64,000 nucleotides of DNA from positions 1,824,001 to 1,888,000 of the forward strand of contig OZ223209.1 of the NCBI GenBank assembly GCA_965140415.1, read 5' to 3'. This DNA comes from Myxococcota bacterium (GTDB lineage Bacteria; Myxococcota_A; SURF-8). This document shows positions 1 through 9,493 of the stretch, in pieces. Both the position numbers and the translations under genes were made by a program. The notes under the pieces are model-generated. The model was not told where the DNA came from. It ran no database searches and worked only from the letters and a program-made list of their open reading frames with translations. Numbering within the stretch: position 1 is the stretch's first letter; every line of letters begins with the position of its first letter.

Positions 1-1
1 G

Positions 2-469
2 GACATTCGCGAGGACAGCGAACGTAACGCCTTTAGGCTTGTCATCACCACACGCGTCAACGGCTCGATGCGGCAAACCTACATCGACACGAACACCGTC
101 AATTATCCGGAGTTCGAGGAATTACAGCGTTTGGAAAAGGATTTCAATCAGCTCGGTCAGCCGCCTTTCAAAATCGAAACCGGCAACGGCGGGGCGGAAG
201 TCGAGCGCCTGGAAGATCTGGTGCAGATGGTCATGGAGTTTGGCGAAAAGGGCCAGAGCATTCAGCGATACAAAGGTCTGGGCGAAATGAACGCCGATCA
301 GTTGTGGGAAACCACCATGGACCCGGAGAGCCGCACGCTGTTACAGGTCAAAGTGGAAGACACCATCGCCGCCAACGAAATGTTCAGCGTGTTGATGGGT
401 GATCAGGTCGAGCCGCGCCGCAAGTTCATCGAAATGAACGCTCAGAACGTGCGTAGTCTGGACATCTAG
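2..469 (+). CDS. gyrB: DNA gyrase subunit B, C-terminal part (5' truncated by window edge)
   Basis: [22 protein letters not shown]...[15 protein letters not shown]...LDI is the GyrB C-terminal signature; the frame is open back to base 2. Confidence 0.96.
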   Translation, partial: DIREDSERNAFRLVITTRVNGSMRQTYIDTNTVNYPEFEELQRLEKDFNQLGQPPFKIETGNGGAEVERLEDLVQMVMEFGEKGQSIQRYKGLGEMNADQLWETTMDPESRTLLQVKVEDTIAANEMFSVLMGDQVEPRRKFIEMNAQNVRSLDI

Positions 470-490
470 TTTCAATCTGAAAACGAAATC

Positions 491-531
491 AAAACCGGAA
501 GTTCGATCTTGCATCGGCTTCCGGTTTTTTT
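491..531 (+). terminator. Intrinsic terminator after gyrB
   Basis: aaaaccggaag...cttccggtttt stem followed by a T run. Confidence 0.85.
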
Positions 532-572
532 GTGTTTGCTGAGTGTGTATTATTTAAAATGGCTAAAGTCAA

Positions 573-666
573 GGGTGCCACGGCCTTTCGCCTGTAAGGC
601 GAATGACCGTGCAAATTTTATGATTCCGGGCAATCGATTCGTACCAAATCGAAGACCCGGGCACCC
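573..666. repeat. REP-like inverted doublet (GGGTGCC-hairpin ... hairpin-GGCACCC)
   Basis: gggtgccacggcc...ttcgcc-tgtaa-ggcgaa...ccgtgc (573-612) faces ccggg...tcgatt..aatcga..cccgggcaccc (626-666). Confidence 0.55.
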
Positions 667-726
667 AACTAATAATGAATTCTAGACTAGGTATCAGTCA
701 TATTTAGCCACTGATTCTAAGAATTT

Positions 727-825
727 GTGCCATAGTCTTACGCGATCGAAGATCGTGGAAGGCTGTGTGTCTTCAATAGGTTATACACGGCCTCCCGGAA
801 TTTTCATTCCGTGAGACCATGGCAC
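727..825. repeat. REP-like inverted doublet
   Basis: gtgccatagtcttacg..ggaaggctgtgtgt (727-770) matches the reverse complement of 783-825 (gtgccatggtctcacg..gggaggccgtgtat); a third copy is at 7097. Confidence 0.65.
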
Positions 826-899
826 ATCATGATTACTCGGTGGGCAGAAATGAGTAATATCTGTTATAATTCCTCTATTTAAAATGAACGATATATGCT

Positions 900-1187
900 T
901 CAGCCCCGGTCGGATGGATGGAGCTTGAACAGCAGTTTCATCACGACCAGTGAACCGATGCACAACGAAATGAAACTATTAGCGCCGATGATCAGCCAGT
1001 CTTCGCGGAACAGGCCGTAAAACAGCCAGCACAAGGTTCCCGCGCCGAATACACCCAGCATGGCAAAGGAGAGATCCTCCAGCCTCCGGGTTTTATAACC
1101 TTTGACGATCTGTGGTACCCAACTCGTGGAAGTCAGCAGGGCGCCGAAAAATCCGAGCACGATGAAAATCCAGCCGTTCTCGTCCAC
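900..1187 (-). CDS. SemiSWEET / PQ-loop family transporter
   Basis: 95 aa, 3 hydrophobic segments, LTSTSWVPQIVK..DLS...WLFYG...IIGAN motifs; GTG start with an aaggag RBS. Confidence 0.9.
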   Translation of the reverse strand: MDENGWIFIVLGFFGALLTSTSWVPQIVKGYKTRRLEDLSFAMLGVFGAGTLCWLFYGLFREDWLIIGANSFISLCIGSLVVMKLLFKLHPSDRG

Positions 1188-1217
1188 GTTCGCTCCTTAT
1201 CAACTTGTTAAGAAAAA

Positions 1218-1625
1218 TCAGGTGTCCTTCTCGATGCCTTCACCGAAGAAGTTGAGCGTTTCGTAAGCCGCCGCATTGGCTCCGTAGGAGCGCACCCATT
1301 CTTCCGAAACGAAAATCGTGGCCTGCTCGCCGAAGCGTTTGGAAAAGAAAACCTGTCCCTGTGCGCCGTCGGTATAACGGAAATGAATTTCCGCCAGGTT
1401 GCTGTCCACCTCCGAATCCAGATTGGCCGAGCAGACCGGGCAGAGGAATTTGATCATATCTCCTGGGGAAAAGGAGAAATCGTCGCTGGCGATCATCTGG
1501 TAGTTGCCCGGCTGTGGACTGAACAACACCAGGCCGCGACTCATATCCTTCACGGCGGTTAAAATGATTTTTACGTTCGGGTTCAACGTCGCGTTGCATT
1601 TAGGACAGTAGTAATATCGTTTCAT
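1218..1625 (-). CDS. Hypothetical protein with two CxxC pairs (putative zinc ribbon)
   Basis: YYCPKCNATL and FLCPVCSANL; gggag RBS. Confidence 0.75.
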   Translation of the reverse strand: MKRYYYCPKCNATLNPNVKIILTAVKDMSRGLVLFSPQPGNYQMIASDDFSFSPGDMIKFLCPVCSANLDSEVDSNLAEIHFRYTDGAQGQVFFSKRFGEQATIFVSEEWVRSYGANAAAYETLNFFGEGIEKDT

Positions 1626-1773
1626 TGCGTTTTCTCCCTATTGGCAGACCCGTTATGCACCGGTACGATATCGATGAGGATCACCCTTATGCTACTCCGT
1701 TTCGAAGCGGGGGTCAATTCCGGACAACCTCCGAAATACGGGATGGTTGCATTGAAAGGTATTGAAAGCCTTT

Positions 1774-1862
1774 CCGATTTCAGGGTGGCGCGGGCTAAGC
1801 CGCAGGCTTGCCCGTGTTCGAGAGTCACATGGGTAAGCTCCATTTACTTCGTTTCACCCATG
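1774..1862. repeat. ~90-bp dispersed REPIN-like element, copy 1
   Basis: Near-identical to 26520-26609, with a 37-nt identical core cagggtggcgcgggctaagccgcaggcttgcccgtgt. Confidence 0.85.
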
Positions 1863-1919
1863 ATTCCCATTGCAACATATCGCGATATACCCCCTACCGA
1901 AAAGCTCCATAAAAACACG

Positions 1920-1947
1920 TTGAAAGCGCAAGCTTTACGGGTATAAT
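1920..1947 (+). promoter_or_regulatory. Sigma70-like promoter for thioesterase-mlaE
   Basis: ttgaaa-N16-tataat. Confidence 0.55.
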
Positions 1948-1986
1948 CCGCCGAACGATCTGGATTACTTGAAAACAGGAGTATTT

Positions 1987-2430
1987 ATGCGCGAGTCCGA
2001 ACTCTCATTCCCCGTTCCTCTGTACGAAGTCGATATCGGCGGTGGCGTATACCACGGACATTACTTTCATTTTTTCGAACTGGGGCGCGAAGCGCTGCTG
2101 CGCGCGGTTGGCTTGCCTTATCCCGAACTCGTCGAGTTGGGAGCGCATCTGACGGTCGCCCAGTGCCAGGTGCAGTATCACAAACCGTTGCGCTATAACG
2201 ATCCGGCCCGCATTCGCTGCGGCTTCGTTTCATTAGGCAATCGCAGCGTCCGCATCAGTCATCGCATTCTGGTCAACGACGTCTTGTATACCGAGGCGGA
2301 ACTGGCGATGGTCTGTGTCGATCGCCACACGGGACGCGCCACCGAACTTCCCCAGGCATTGCGCGACGGCGTAGCGGCCTGGGAAGAGGGCGGTAACGGG
2401 CAGATAGCTACAGAGAGGCAGGTGGACTGA
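1987..2430 (+). CDS. Acyl-CoA thioesterase (YbgC/4HBT hot-dog family)
   Basis: YEVDIGGGVYHGHYFHFFELGR, YHKPLRYND, VCVD motifs; ATG at 1987 after a cagga RBS. Confidence 0.9.
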   Translation: MRESELSFPVPLYEVDIGGGVYHGHYFHFFELGREALLRAVGLPYPELVELGAHLTVAQCQVQYHKPLRYNDPARIRCGFVSLGNRSVRISHRILVNDVLYTEAELAMVCVDRHTGRATELPQALRDGVAAWEEGGNGQIATERQVD

Positions 2431-2483
2431 TCTCGGCGCTCGTTCGATTCATTCTGCAACTGGGGGACATCGGCAATTTCTTT

Positions 2484-3191
2484 TTGCGAGCGGTGTACTG
2501 GGCGCTGCGCCCGCCATACGATGTCGCCGAGTGGGTGCGCATCATGAACAGCATCGGCTGGCGTTGCCTGATTCCGGTGCTGTGCGTGGTGGGACCGATG
2601 GGCGCGGCAGTCAGCTTGCAAGGCATGAAACTGTTGCAGATGTTCGGTACCGAGCACATGCTTTCCTCCATGCTCTCTATCGCGATTCTGCGCGAAATCA
2701 GCCCCGTCATGGCATCGATGATGGTCGCCAGCCAGGCGGGTTCTTCTATCGCAGCGGAATTGGGTGCCATGCGCGTCAAGGAGGAAATCGACGCCCTGGA
2801 GGTCATGGCGGTCAATCCCATGCAGCGGCTGGTCGCCCCGCGCCTGTTGGCCGGGTTGATCATCACCCCGCTATTGAATGCGGTCGCCTCCTTTGTGGGT
2901 TTGCTGGGCGGCTATCTGGTGGCGGTGCCGATCAAAGGCATGAATTCGGGTACCTTCTGGGCGAACCTGTTCGAACTCGTCTCCACTCAGGATCTGACTA
3001 TCGGACTGATCAAAACCAGCCTGTTCGGTTTGATCATAACCACCATCGCCAGCTATTACGGCTATCACGTTACCGGCGGAGCGGAAGGCGTTGGGCGCGC
3101 CACCAACCGCACCGTCGTCTACAGCGTCGTGGTCGTCCTGCTCTTCAACTACCTGCTTTCCAGCCTGTTTTACGGTAAAACCATCGGATAA
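2484..3191 (+). CDS. mlaE: MlaE-family ABC transporter permease (start may be upstream, CTG at 2427)
   Basis: REISPV...GSSIAAELGAMRVKEEIDALEVMAVNP...LVAPR, GGAEGVGRATNRTVV. Confidence 0.93.
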   Translation: MRAVYWALRPPYDVAEWVRIMNSIGWRCLIPVLCVVGPMGAAVSLQGMKLLQMFGTEHMLSSMLSIAILREISPVMASMMVASQAGSSIAAELGAMRVKEEIDALEVMAVNPMQRLVAPRLLAGLIITPLLNAVASFVGLLGGYLVAVPIKGMNSGTFWANLFELVSTQDLTIGLIKTSLFGLIITTIASYYGYHVTGGAEGVGRATNRTVVYSVVVVLLFNYLLSSLFYGKTIG

Positions 3192-3335
3192 CTGTGAAAT
3201 AAAATTATCCCGATTCTTTCCTCATCTCCTTTCGTAAAAGATTTGACCCCGCAGTCTTAGGGCGCTAAGCTTTCAGCATAGAGAAGAATTTGGTTGTTGG
3301 GGAACCCTACTTTTTAGCGAAAGGGAGTATCGTTC

Positions 3336-3866
3336 ATGGCGATTTTTCAATTCGACGACCGCGTTCCGAAGATCGGAAAGAATTGCTACATTGCAGACAG
3401 CGCCGAGGTGATCGGCTCGGTTGTTTTGGGTGACGACTGCTACGTGGGACCGGGTGCCAAGATTCGCGGCGACTACGGCCAGGTATTCATCGGCAGCAAC
3501 ACCGGAGTCGAGGAAAACTGCGTGATTCACGCCCGGCCCGATGAAGTCTGCACCATCGGCGACTGGGTCACTATCGGTCACGGCTCGATCATCCACAACG
3601 TCGCCAAAATCGACGACTACGCGGTTATCGGCATGGGTGCCATCGTCAGCGACTGGGCGATCGTCGGGCGCTGGGCGGCGGTCGGCGAAGGTGCGGTCGT
3701 GCGCAACAAGCAGGACATTCCACCGGGTGGCATCGTGGTGGGCGTACCCGCCAAGCTGATCGGTCAGACAAGCCAGGAATGGCGGGAGCAGTGGAAGATC
3801 TTCAAGCAGTATTACGTTGAATTTGCCCGGACGTATCGGCAGCGCTTGAAACGGCTGGATGGCTAA
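3336..3866 (+). CDS. Gamma-carbonic anhydrase family (hexapeptide repeat) protein
   Basis: IADSAEVIGSV, IRGD, ENCVIH, TIGHGSIIH, IGMGAIV, GVPAK. Confidence 0.93.
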   Translation: MAIFQFDDRVPKIGKNCYIADSAEVIGSVVLGDDCYVGPGAKIRGDYGQVFIGSNTGVEENCVIHARPDEVCTIGDWVTIGHGSIIHNVAKIDDYAVIGMGAIVSDWAIVGRWAAVGEGAVVRNKQDIPPGGIVVGVPAKLIGQTSQEWREQWKIFKQYYVEFARTYRQRLKRLDG

Positions 3867-3915
3867 CCGTTAGAGCGGTCGTTACACTATACGTCTTGAA
3901 AACGGGAGGAAACTC

Positions 3916-5271
3916 ATGGAAATGCTTGATCGCTGGTTTCACCTGACCGAAGCCGGATCGACCTTGCACGACGAATTGCGTGGCGGGGCGACGACCTTTC
4001 TTACCATGGCCTACATCATTTTCGTGCAGCCGGCCATTCTTTCCATCGCTGGTATGCCCTATGATTCCGTTTTTCTAGCCACCTGCCTGGCCGCTTCTGC
4101 GGCGACGATTTTAATGGGTTTGGTAGCGCGCTATCCCATCGCCCTGGCTCCGGGTATGGGCGAGAACTTTTTCTTCGTCTTCTCGGTAGCGCTGGTAAAG
4201 GTCGGTGGCGAAACGGTAGGTTGGGAAAGTGCCTTGGCAGTGGTTTTCATTTCCGGCATTCTTTTCTTTGCGTTGACGGTGTTCAAGATCCGCCAGATGA
4301 TCCTGGAAGCCGTTCCGGCGAGTTTACGCAACGCCATCGCCGTGGGCATCGGTCTGTTTATCGCCGAAATCGGCTTGATGCATGGCGGGATCATCGTTGT
4401 GGATCGCATCAGCCTGCTGCCGAAACTGGGGGATCTTTCCAGTCCGCCGGTTTTCCTTTCCATTTTCGGTCTGTTGATTACGGCGGGTTTGTTGCTGCGC
4501 GGCTTCAGGGGCGCGATTTTGTGGGGTATCCTGATTATGACCGGGTTGGGTCTATTGGTCGGAGTCGTACAGTATAAAGGCATCGTCGCATTACCTCCCG
4601 GCGATTTCTCCGTTTTCTTTGCAATGGATTTCAGCAAGGTGTTTACACACCCGGAATTCATCACGCTGATTCTGGTGTTTCTGTTTATGGATATGTTCGA
4701 TACCTTGGGAACGCTGGTCGGAGTGAGCGAGCAGGCCGGGTTCATCAAGGAAAATGGCGAACTGCCACGAGCCAACCGGGCGCTGTTATGCGATGCCGCC
4801 GGAACGGTGGCCGGTGCCTGCATGGGAACCAGTACCGTTACTTCTTATATCGAATCGGCCTCCGGCGTTACCGCCGGTGCGCGTACCGGCCTGGCCAATC
4901 TCGTAACCGGCCTGCTCTTTCTGGTTGCGCTGTTCTTTTCGCCGCTGGTTTCGATGGTCGGTGCGGGCTGGCAGATTCCCGGCTCGGACCCGGCGGTGTT
5001 TCTGTATCCGATAACCGCTCCGGCTTTGGTGCTGGTCGGCGTGATGATGATGCGCAACGTGCTGAAAATCGACTGGAACGACTACGGCGAAGCCATCCCG
5101 GCCTTTTTGACCATTCTCGGCATCCCCCTTGCATTTTCGATTTCCGACGGCCTGGCCTTCGGTTTCATCAGTTATCCGTTGCTGGCGCTGCTCGGAGGGC
5201 GAGCGAAGAAGATTTCGCCCCTGCTCTTTGTACTGGCGCTTCTGTTCTTCTTGCGGTACGCTCTACTCTGA
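3916..5271 (+). CDS. NCS2/AzgA-family purine permease
   Basis: TTFLTMAYII, LAPGMG, DMFDTLGTL, TSYIESASGV..GARTGL; many TM segments. Confidence 0.95.
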   Translation: MEMLDRWFHLTEAGSTLHDELRGGATTFLTMAYIIFVQPAILSIAGMPYDSVFLATCLAASAATILMGLVARYPIALAPGMGENFFFVFSVALVKVGGETVGWESALAVVFISGILFFALTVFKIRQMILEAVPASLRNAIAVGIGLFIAEIGLMHGGIIVVDRISLLPKLGDLSSPPVFLSIFGLLITAGLLLRGFRGAILWGILIMTGLGLLVGVVQYKGIVALPPGDFSVFFAMDFSKVFTHPEFITLILVFLFMDMFDTLGTLVGVSEQAGFIKENGELPRANRALLCDAAGTVAGACMGTSTVTSYIESASGVTAGARTGLANLVTGLLFLVALFFSPLVSMVGAGWQIPGSDPAVFLYPITAPALVLVGVMMMRNVLKIDWNDYGEAIPAFLTILGIPLAFSISDGLAFGFISYPLLALLGGRAKKISPLLFVLALLFFLRYALL

Positions 5272-5337
5272 TGAGCAGGTTCTATTAAGAAGTCGGTGTG
5301 AAAGATAAAACCGAACCCAATCGCAAAGGAACCGCGC

Positions 5338-6540
5338 ATGATTACCACATCAGATGATTCCATCCGTTCGCTGATTCCCGAACTGATCGCTACTCGCAGG
5401 GACTTGCATCAGTATCCCGAGTTGGGCTACAAGGAAAAACGTACCTGCAAAAAAGTAGCCGACCGATTGGAAGAACTCGGTTTCGAGGTGCGCCGCGATG
5501 TAGCGAAAACCGGCGTGATTGGCTTGTGGCGTGGAGAAGTCCCGGAAGGAGAAAAAGCGACGACAATCGCCTTCCGCGCCGATCTGGATGCGTTGCCGCT
5601 GGAGGAATTGAGCGACCACGACTACATGTCCAGAAATCCGGGTGTCATGCATGCCTGCGGGCATGACGGTCATACCGCCATCTTGCTGGCGTTCGCACGT
5701 TGGCTGAGCGAACGAAAAGAGAAGCTTCCGGGGCACGTCAAGCTGTTGTTTCAACCGGCGGAAGAAGGTTTAGGTGGTGCGGAGCCGATGATCCGCCAGG
5801 GCGCATTGCGCGACCCGGATGTCAATTGCATTTTCGGCCTTCATTTGTGGAATCCGCTGCCGGTGGGCACCATCGGTGTACGCCCCGGTCCCATGATGGC
5901 GTCGGCGGATGAATTTACGGTTACAGTCAAAGGTCGCGGAGGGCATGGCGCGATTCCTCAACAGGCGGTGGATGCTGTCGTGGTGGCGTCGCATATCGTG
6001 ACGTTACTGCAAACCATTGTCAGTCGTTCCATCGATCCATTAAAGCCCGCCGTCATCACCGTCGGCAAATTGCAGGCCGGTTCCGCTCATAACATCATCG
6101 CCGAAACGGCAACGTTGGTGGGTACGGCGCGTGCTTTCGATACGGACGTGCGAAGCGCCATCCCGGAACTGATTCAGCGCACAGCCAATGGCGTGGCGCG
6201 TGCAATGGGTGCGGAAATCGATTTCGACTGGCGACCGCAATATCCACCGACCATCAACGATGGCCGTGTGACGAGTTTTGCAAAACGCATTTCCAAGGAA
6301 CTGGTAGGACCGGAAAACGTGCTGCGTCCCGATCCTTCCATGGGTGCGGAGGATATGTCGTTTTATTTAAACGCCGTTCCCGGTTGCTTTATCTTTCTAG
6401 GATCTTCCAATAAGGAAAAGGGTCTGGACAAGCCGCACCACAATCCCTATTTCAACTTCGATGAAGACGCCATGCCGATCGGCGTGGCGTTATTCGCCCG
6501 TATAACCGAATCCTTTTTCGAAAAGAATCCGCTGGGGTAG
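5338..6540 (+). CDS. M20D-family amidohydrolase
   Basis: LHQYPELG, RADLDALP, MHACGHDGH, FQPAEEG, GGHGA, GAEDMS, HHNPYF. Confidence 0.95.
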   Translation: MITTSDDSIRSLIPELIATRRDLHQYPELGYKEKRTCKKVADRLEELGFEVRRDVAKTGVIGLWRGEVPEGEKATTIAFRADLDALPLEELSDHDYMSRNPGVMHACGHDGHTAILLAFARWLSERKEKLPGHVKLLFQPAEEGLGGAEPMIRQGALRDPDVNCIFGLHLWNPLPVGTIGVRPGPMMASADEFTVTVKGRGGHGAIPQQAVDAVVVASHIVTLLQTIVSRSIDPLKPAVITVGKLQAGSAHNIIAETATLVGTARAFDTDVRSAIPELIQRTANGVARAMGAEIDFDWRPQYPPTINDGRVTSFAKRISKELVGPENVLRPDPSMGAEDMSFYLNAVPGCFIFLGSSNKEKGLDKPHHNPYFNFDEDAMPIGVALFARITESFFEKNPLG

Positions 6541-6584
6541 GGGGCGGTTGTGACAACTTGCAGAAATTGCGGAGCATGACCGGA

Positions 6585-7055
6585 ATGGCAGCATTGACGA
6601 TAAGACAGGTGGATTCTTCTGATGCTCCATTCAACCTGTTATTGGAAGCGGACCCAAGCTTAGATCAGATCGAAACCTATCTGCCCATTTCCGAATGTTA
6701 TGTCGCGGAAGAAAAAGGAGAAATCGTCGGCGTATGCGTTCTATGCAGACGCTCGGAAAAGATGACGGAGTTGATGAACATCGCCGTCGCTCCAGCGCGT
6801 CAGAGGCAAGGGATCGGAACGAGAATATTGAAAGAGGCGATCTCCGTCGCTCGGTCCTCAAAGCTGGAAAGTCTTGAAGTCGGAACGGGAACATTCGGCT
6901 ATCAACTTGCCTTTTATCAGCGGGCGGGATTTCGAGTGGACCGGATCGATAAGGATTTCTTCTTGAAAAACTATACCGAACCGATCTTCGAGAACGGTAT
7001 ACAATTGAAAGATATGCTCCGGCTTGTATTATATCTAGAGCAAATAAATGAGTAG
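6585..7055 (+). CDS. GNAT family N-acetyltransferase
   Basis: LLLEADPS, NIAVAPARQRQGIG, VGTG, FYQRAGF; start uncertain (6558/6576/6585). Confidence 0.9.
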   Translation: MAALTIRQVDSSDAPFNLLLEADPSLDQIETYLPISECYVAEEKGEIVGVCVLCRRSEKMTELMNIAVAPARQRQGIGTRILKEAISVARSSKLESLEVGTGTFGYQLAFYQRAGFRVDRIDKDFFLKNYTEPIFENGIQLKDMLRLVLYLEQINE

Positions 7056-7078
7056 GATGGGCAATTGCCTTGCCCATC
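7052..7078. repeat. GTAG-type REP singlet
   Basis: gtaggatgggca-attgcct-tgcccatc; same family as 13272-13344. Confidence 0.7.
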
Positions 7079-7096
7079 ATCTCTGCCGTTTGCCTT

Positions 7097-7135
7097 GTGG
7101 CATAGTCTCACGAACGGAGTTCGGGAGGCTATGTG
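7097..7135. repeat. REP-like singlet (family of 727-825)
   Basis: gtggcatagtctcacgaacggagttcgggaggctatgtg hairpin. Confidence 0.6.
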
Positions 7136-7169
7136 CTTTGTTGATGTGATCCTTTCATCAGGATTGTAT

Positions 7170-7478
7170 TTACCGCTTGATTTCTTCCTTCACGTTTACC
7201 TGCACCGAATCGATTTTTCCGTCCAAGCGCCCGGATGAGCCGCGACGGTCGTCGATTTTGATTGCCGTGCTAACGCGCTCCGATTGTGCAGCCATATTCA
7301 GATGTACCTTTTTGATCAGTTCGAAAACCTGATCGGCTTCGCCCTCAACGATGGTGCCCATGGCTGTCAGCCGGTAATCCAGACCCGAAGCCTGAATCAG
7401 TTCGATGGATTGCGCCACGTATTTCGAAAACCCTTCCAGGGTCTTGTCGATTGGAGTAACGGAAAATTCAGCCAACAT
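7170..7478 (-). CDS. MTH1187-family thiamine-binding-like protein
   Basis: MLAEFSVTP, SGLDYRLTAMGTIVEG, RVSTAIKIDDR. Confidence 0.92.
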   Translation of the reverse strand: MLAEFSVTPIDKTLEGFSKYVAQSIELIQASGLDYRLTAMGTIVEGEADQVFELIKKVHLNMAAQSERVSTAIKIDDRRGSSGRLDGKIDSVQVNVKEEIKR

Positions 7479-9273
7479 GATGATGTCCTCCGTTGTTTCG
7501 TCTTTGCCTTCGAATGATAGATAAACCTAGCAAGGAGAAGAGTAACCAGATGCCAGACGGCGTACCCGAATTCCGGCAACCGGAATCGGGACCATCCGGG
7601 ATGCGAGTGTCGCCGTCAGTGGTATCGTCACCGTCCGGGATCACATATTGATTCGGCGGTTCGAAATCCTCATCGCCGCCTTGCGTCGGCGTGCCTTCCA
7701 CACAATGGCCTTCGCCGTCGCAGATACTAGACGCCGTTTGCGGATCGCCGTCATCGCAGGAAACGCCGTAACTCTGCGCCGTGCGGCAGTTCGCCAGGCA
7801 GCAGTCGCTATCGTCGCGGTTGCCGTCGTCGCAGATTTCGCCTTCTTCCAATTCACCGTTACCGCAGGTGCTCTGAATTCCCAGCCATTCTGCCGCCGCC
7901 ATGACATCCACTCGCGGTGCCTCATTCGGTTCGCTTGGCAACTCGACATTAACCCCGCTCTCCGTCATTGCCTGCACGATCTCCTCGTTTGTGGCTTGCG
8001 GTTTCAGCGAAATCAATAGTGCCGCAGCGCCGGCTGCAATCGGTGTTGCCTGGCTGGTGCCGGTGAACCATAAACCGGCTGAGCCATAAATGTCGGTCGA
8101 ATAAACTTCGACGCCGGGAGCCAATAGATCCAAACAGGAACCGATATTCGTAAAGCATGCCAGGGTATCGGGCAAGGCGTTTTCATCGTGACAGTTGGCG
8201 TCGGAAAATTCTCCTTGGGCGGGATAGCGCCCATAGTCCTGGTCGTAAACCGCACCGACGGAAATGGTGGAAGAAAAACAGGCAGGCAGCGCCATTTTGC
8301 CTCGTCCTCCGAAATTGCCGGTGCAGGCAAAGTTGATGACTCCGGCTTCTTCCAGATTATCGTAGGCGTCTCGCGCGACTTGCGACCAGCTAAATTCGTC
8401 GCCGCAAGGGCAGGAGGAAAATAAATCCCAGCTTTGCAGGCTAGAATTACTTACGCGAAGTTCCGGCCAATCCTCGATGTGCTCGGCGACGTAATCCGCC
8501 GCTGCCGCCCAATCACTCACCCAGCCGGAGTTGTCGCTGTCCAGTACTTTGAAAATCAAAAGCTTGGCTTTCGGCGCCATGCCCGTCGGCGCGATCGTTC
8601 CCGCGGCTGCCAGAATTCCGGCAACGTTGGTGCCATGGCCGTGATCGTCGGCGATAGCGCCTGCTACGAATCCACTTTCATTCAAAAATGAGCCACCCGC
8701 GATAATGCGGCCAGAAAAATCGGGATGCGTGGTGTTGATTCCAGAATCGAATATCGCCACCGTTACGTTTTCGCCGCCGATTCCGTATTGATTGCGAAAA
8801 TCGGAAGCCCCGACAAACGGAACCGTTTCCGCGGCTTGACCAAAAATACGCGCATCCGCACCGATTCGAAGAACGTTCGGATTCTCAGCAAGTTTTTCCA
8901 CGACTTGCGGCGAGGCAGTCAGTGTCAACGCGGAAAGATGGCGATAGCGATAAACTTCTTGCCAGCCTTCATTAGGAAGTTGATTTAAAACGAGTTGCTG
9001 CCGTTCATAAATCTCGCGACTCCCCGCGATGCTCAAGGCGGAAAGGCGGAACTTTTGCAAGGAGTTGGCAAGTTGCACGATGACAACCTGCTCGCGTCCC
9101 GCTTGCATGTTTTCAAGCACTTTCGCCTCGATTGTAGCCGCCTGAGCCGCCCGAAAAAGGCTGCCGGAAATGCACGCAACCGACACCAAAAAGCACAGTA
9201 AAAGCACACGAAAGCTACACAAGCCGACAAGTAGGCGATTGGTGTATTTTGAGGTAGTATAGGGTTTCATCAA
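7468..9273 (-). CDS. Secreted S8 subtilisin-like peptidase with prodomain, Myxococcus-type Cys-rich repeat and MYXO-CTERM-like tail
   Basis: Triad motifs IFDSG / HGTNVAG / GTSQATP; CGNGELEEGEICDDGN; tail SGC...WLLFSLLGLSIIRRQRR. Confidence 0.9.
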   Translation of the reverse strand: MMKPYTTSKYTNRLLVGLCSFRVLLLCFLVSVACISGSLFRAAQAATIEAKVLENMQAGREQVVIVQLANSLQKFRLSALSIAGSREIYERQQLVLNQLPNEGWQEVYRYRHLSALTLTASPQVVEKLAENPNVLRIGADARIFGQAAETVPFVGASDFRNQYGIGGENVTVAIFDSGINTTHPDFSGRIIAGGSFLNESGFVAGAIADDHGHGTNVAGILAAAGTIAPTGMAPKAKLLIFKVLDSDNSGWVSDWAAAADYVAEHIEDWPELRVSNSSLQSWDLFSSCPCGDEFSWSQVARDAYDNLEEAGVINFACTGNFGGRGKMALPACFSSTISVGAVYDQDYGRYPAQGEFSDANCHDENALPDTLACFTNIGSCLDLLAPGVEVYSTDIYGSAGLWFTGTSQATPIAAGAAALLISLKPQATNEEIVQAMTESGVNVELPSEPNEAPRVDVMAAAEWLGIQSTCGNGELEEGEICDDGNRDDSDCCLANCRTAQSYGVSCDDGDPQTASSICDGEGHCVEGTPTQGGDEDFEPPNQYVIPDGDDTTDGDTRIPDGPDSGCRNSGTPSGIWLLFSLLGLSIIRRQRRNNGGHHHVG

Positions 9274-9430
9274 GTTGCTTATCGCTCCATTTAGTATGTT
9301 GTAACAACAAAAAGCAGTGACCTTGGACGCATCACAACAGTGTATGACCGCTAAAAAGCATTGTCAACTGGTGCGTTAGGTGTCAGGTAGTGCGCATCTT
9401 CGGATTGGGGAAAGTAAAATATGGATTTGT

Positions 9431-9457
9431 AAAAAAACGGCGCGGAAGGCCGCGCCG
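9431..9457 (-). terminator. Intrinsic terminator after argF
   Basis: Minus strand reads cggcgcgg-cctt-ccgcgccg followed by T7. Confidence 0.85.
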
Positions 9458-9493
9458 AGAAGGAATAGTCAATTATACTGTAAAACCAAGAGC

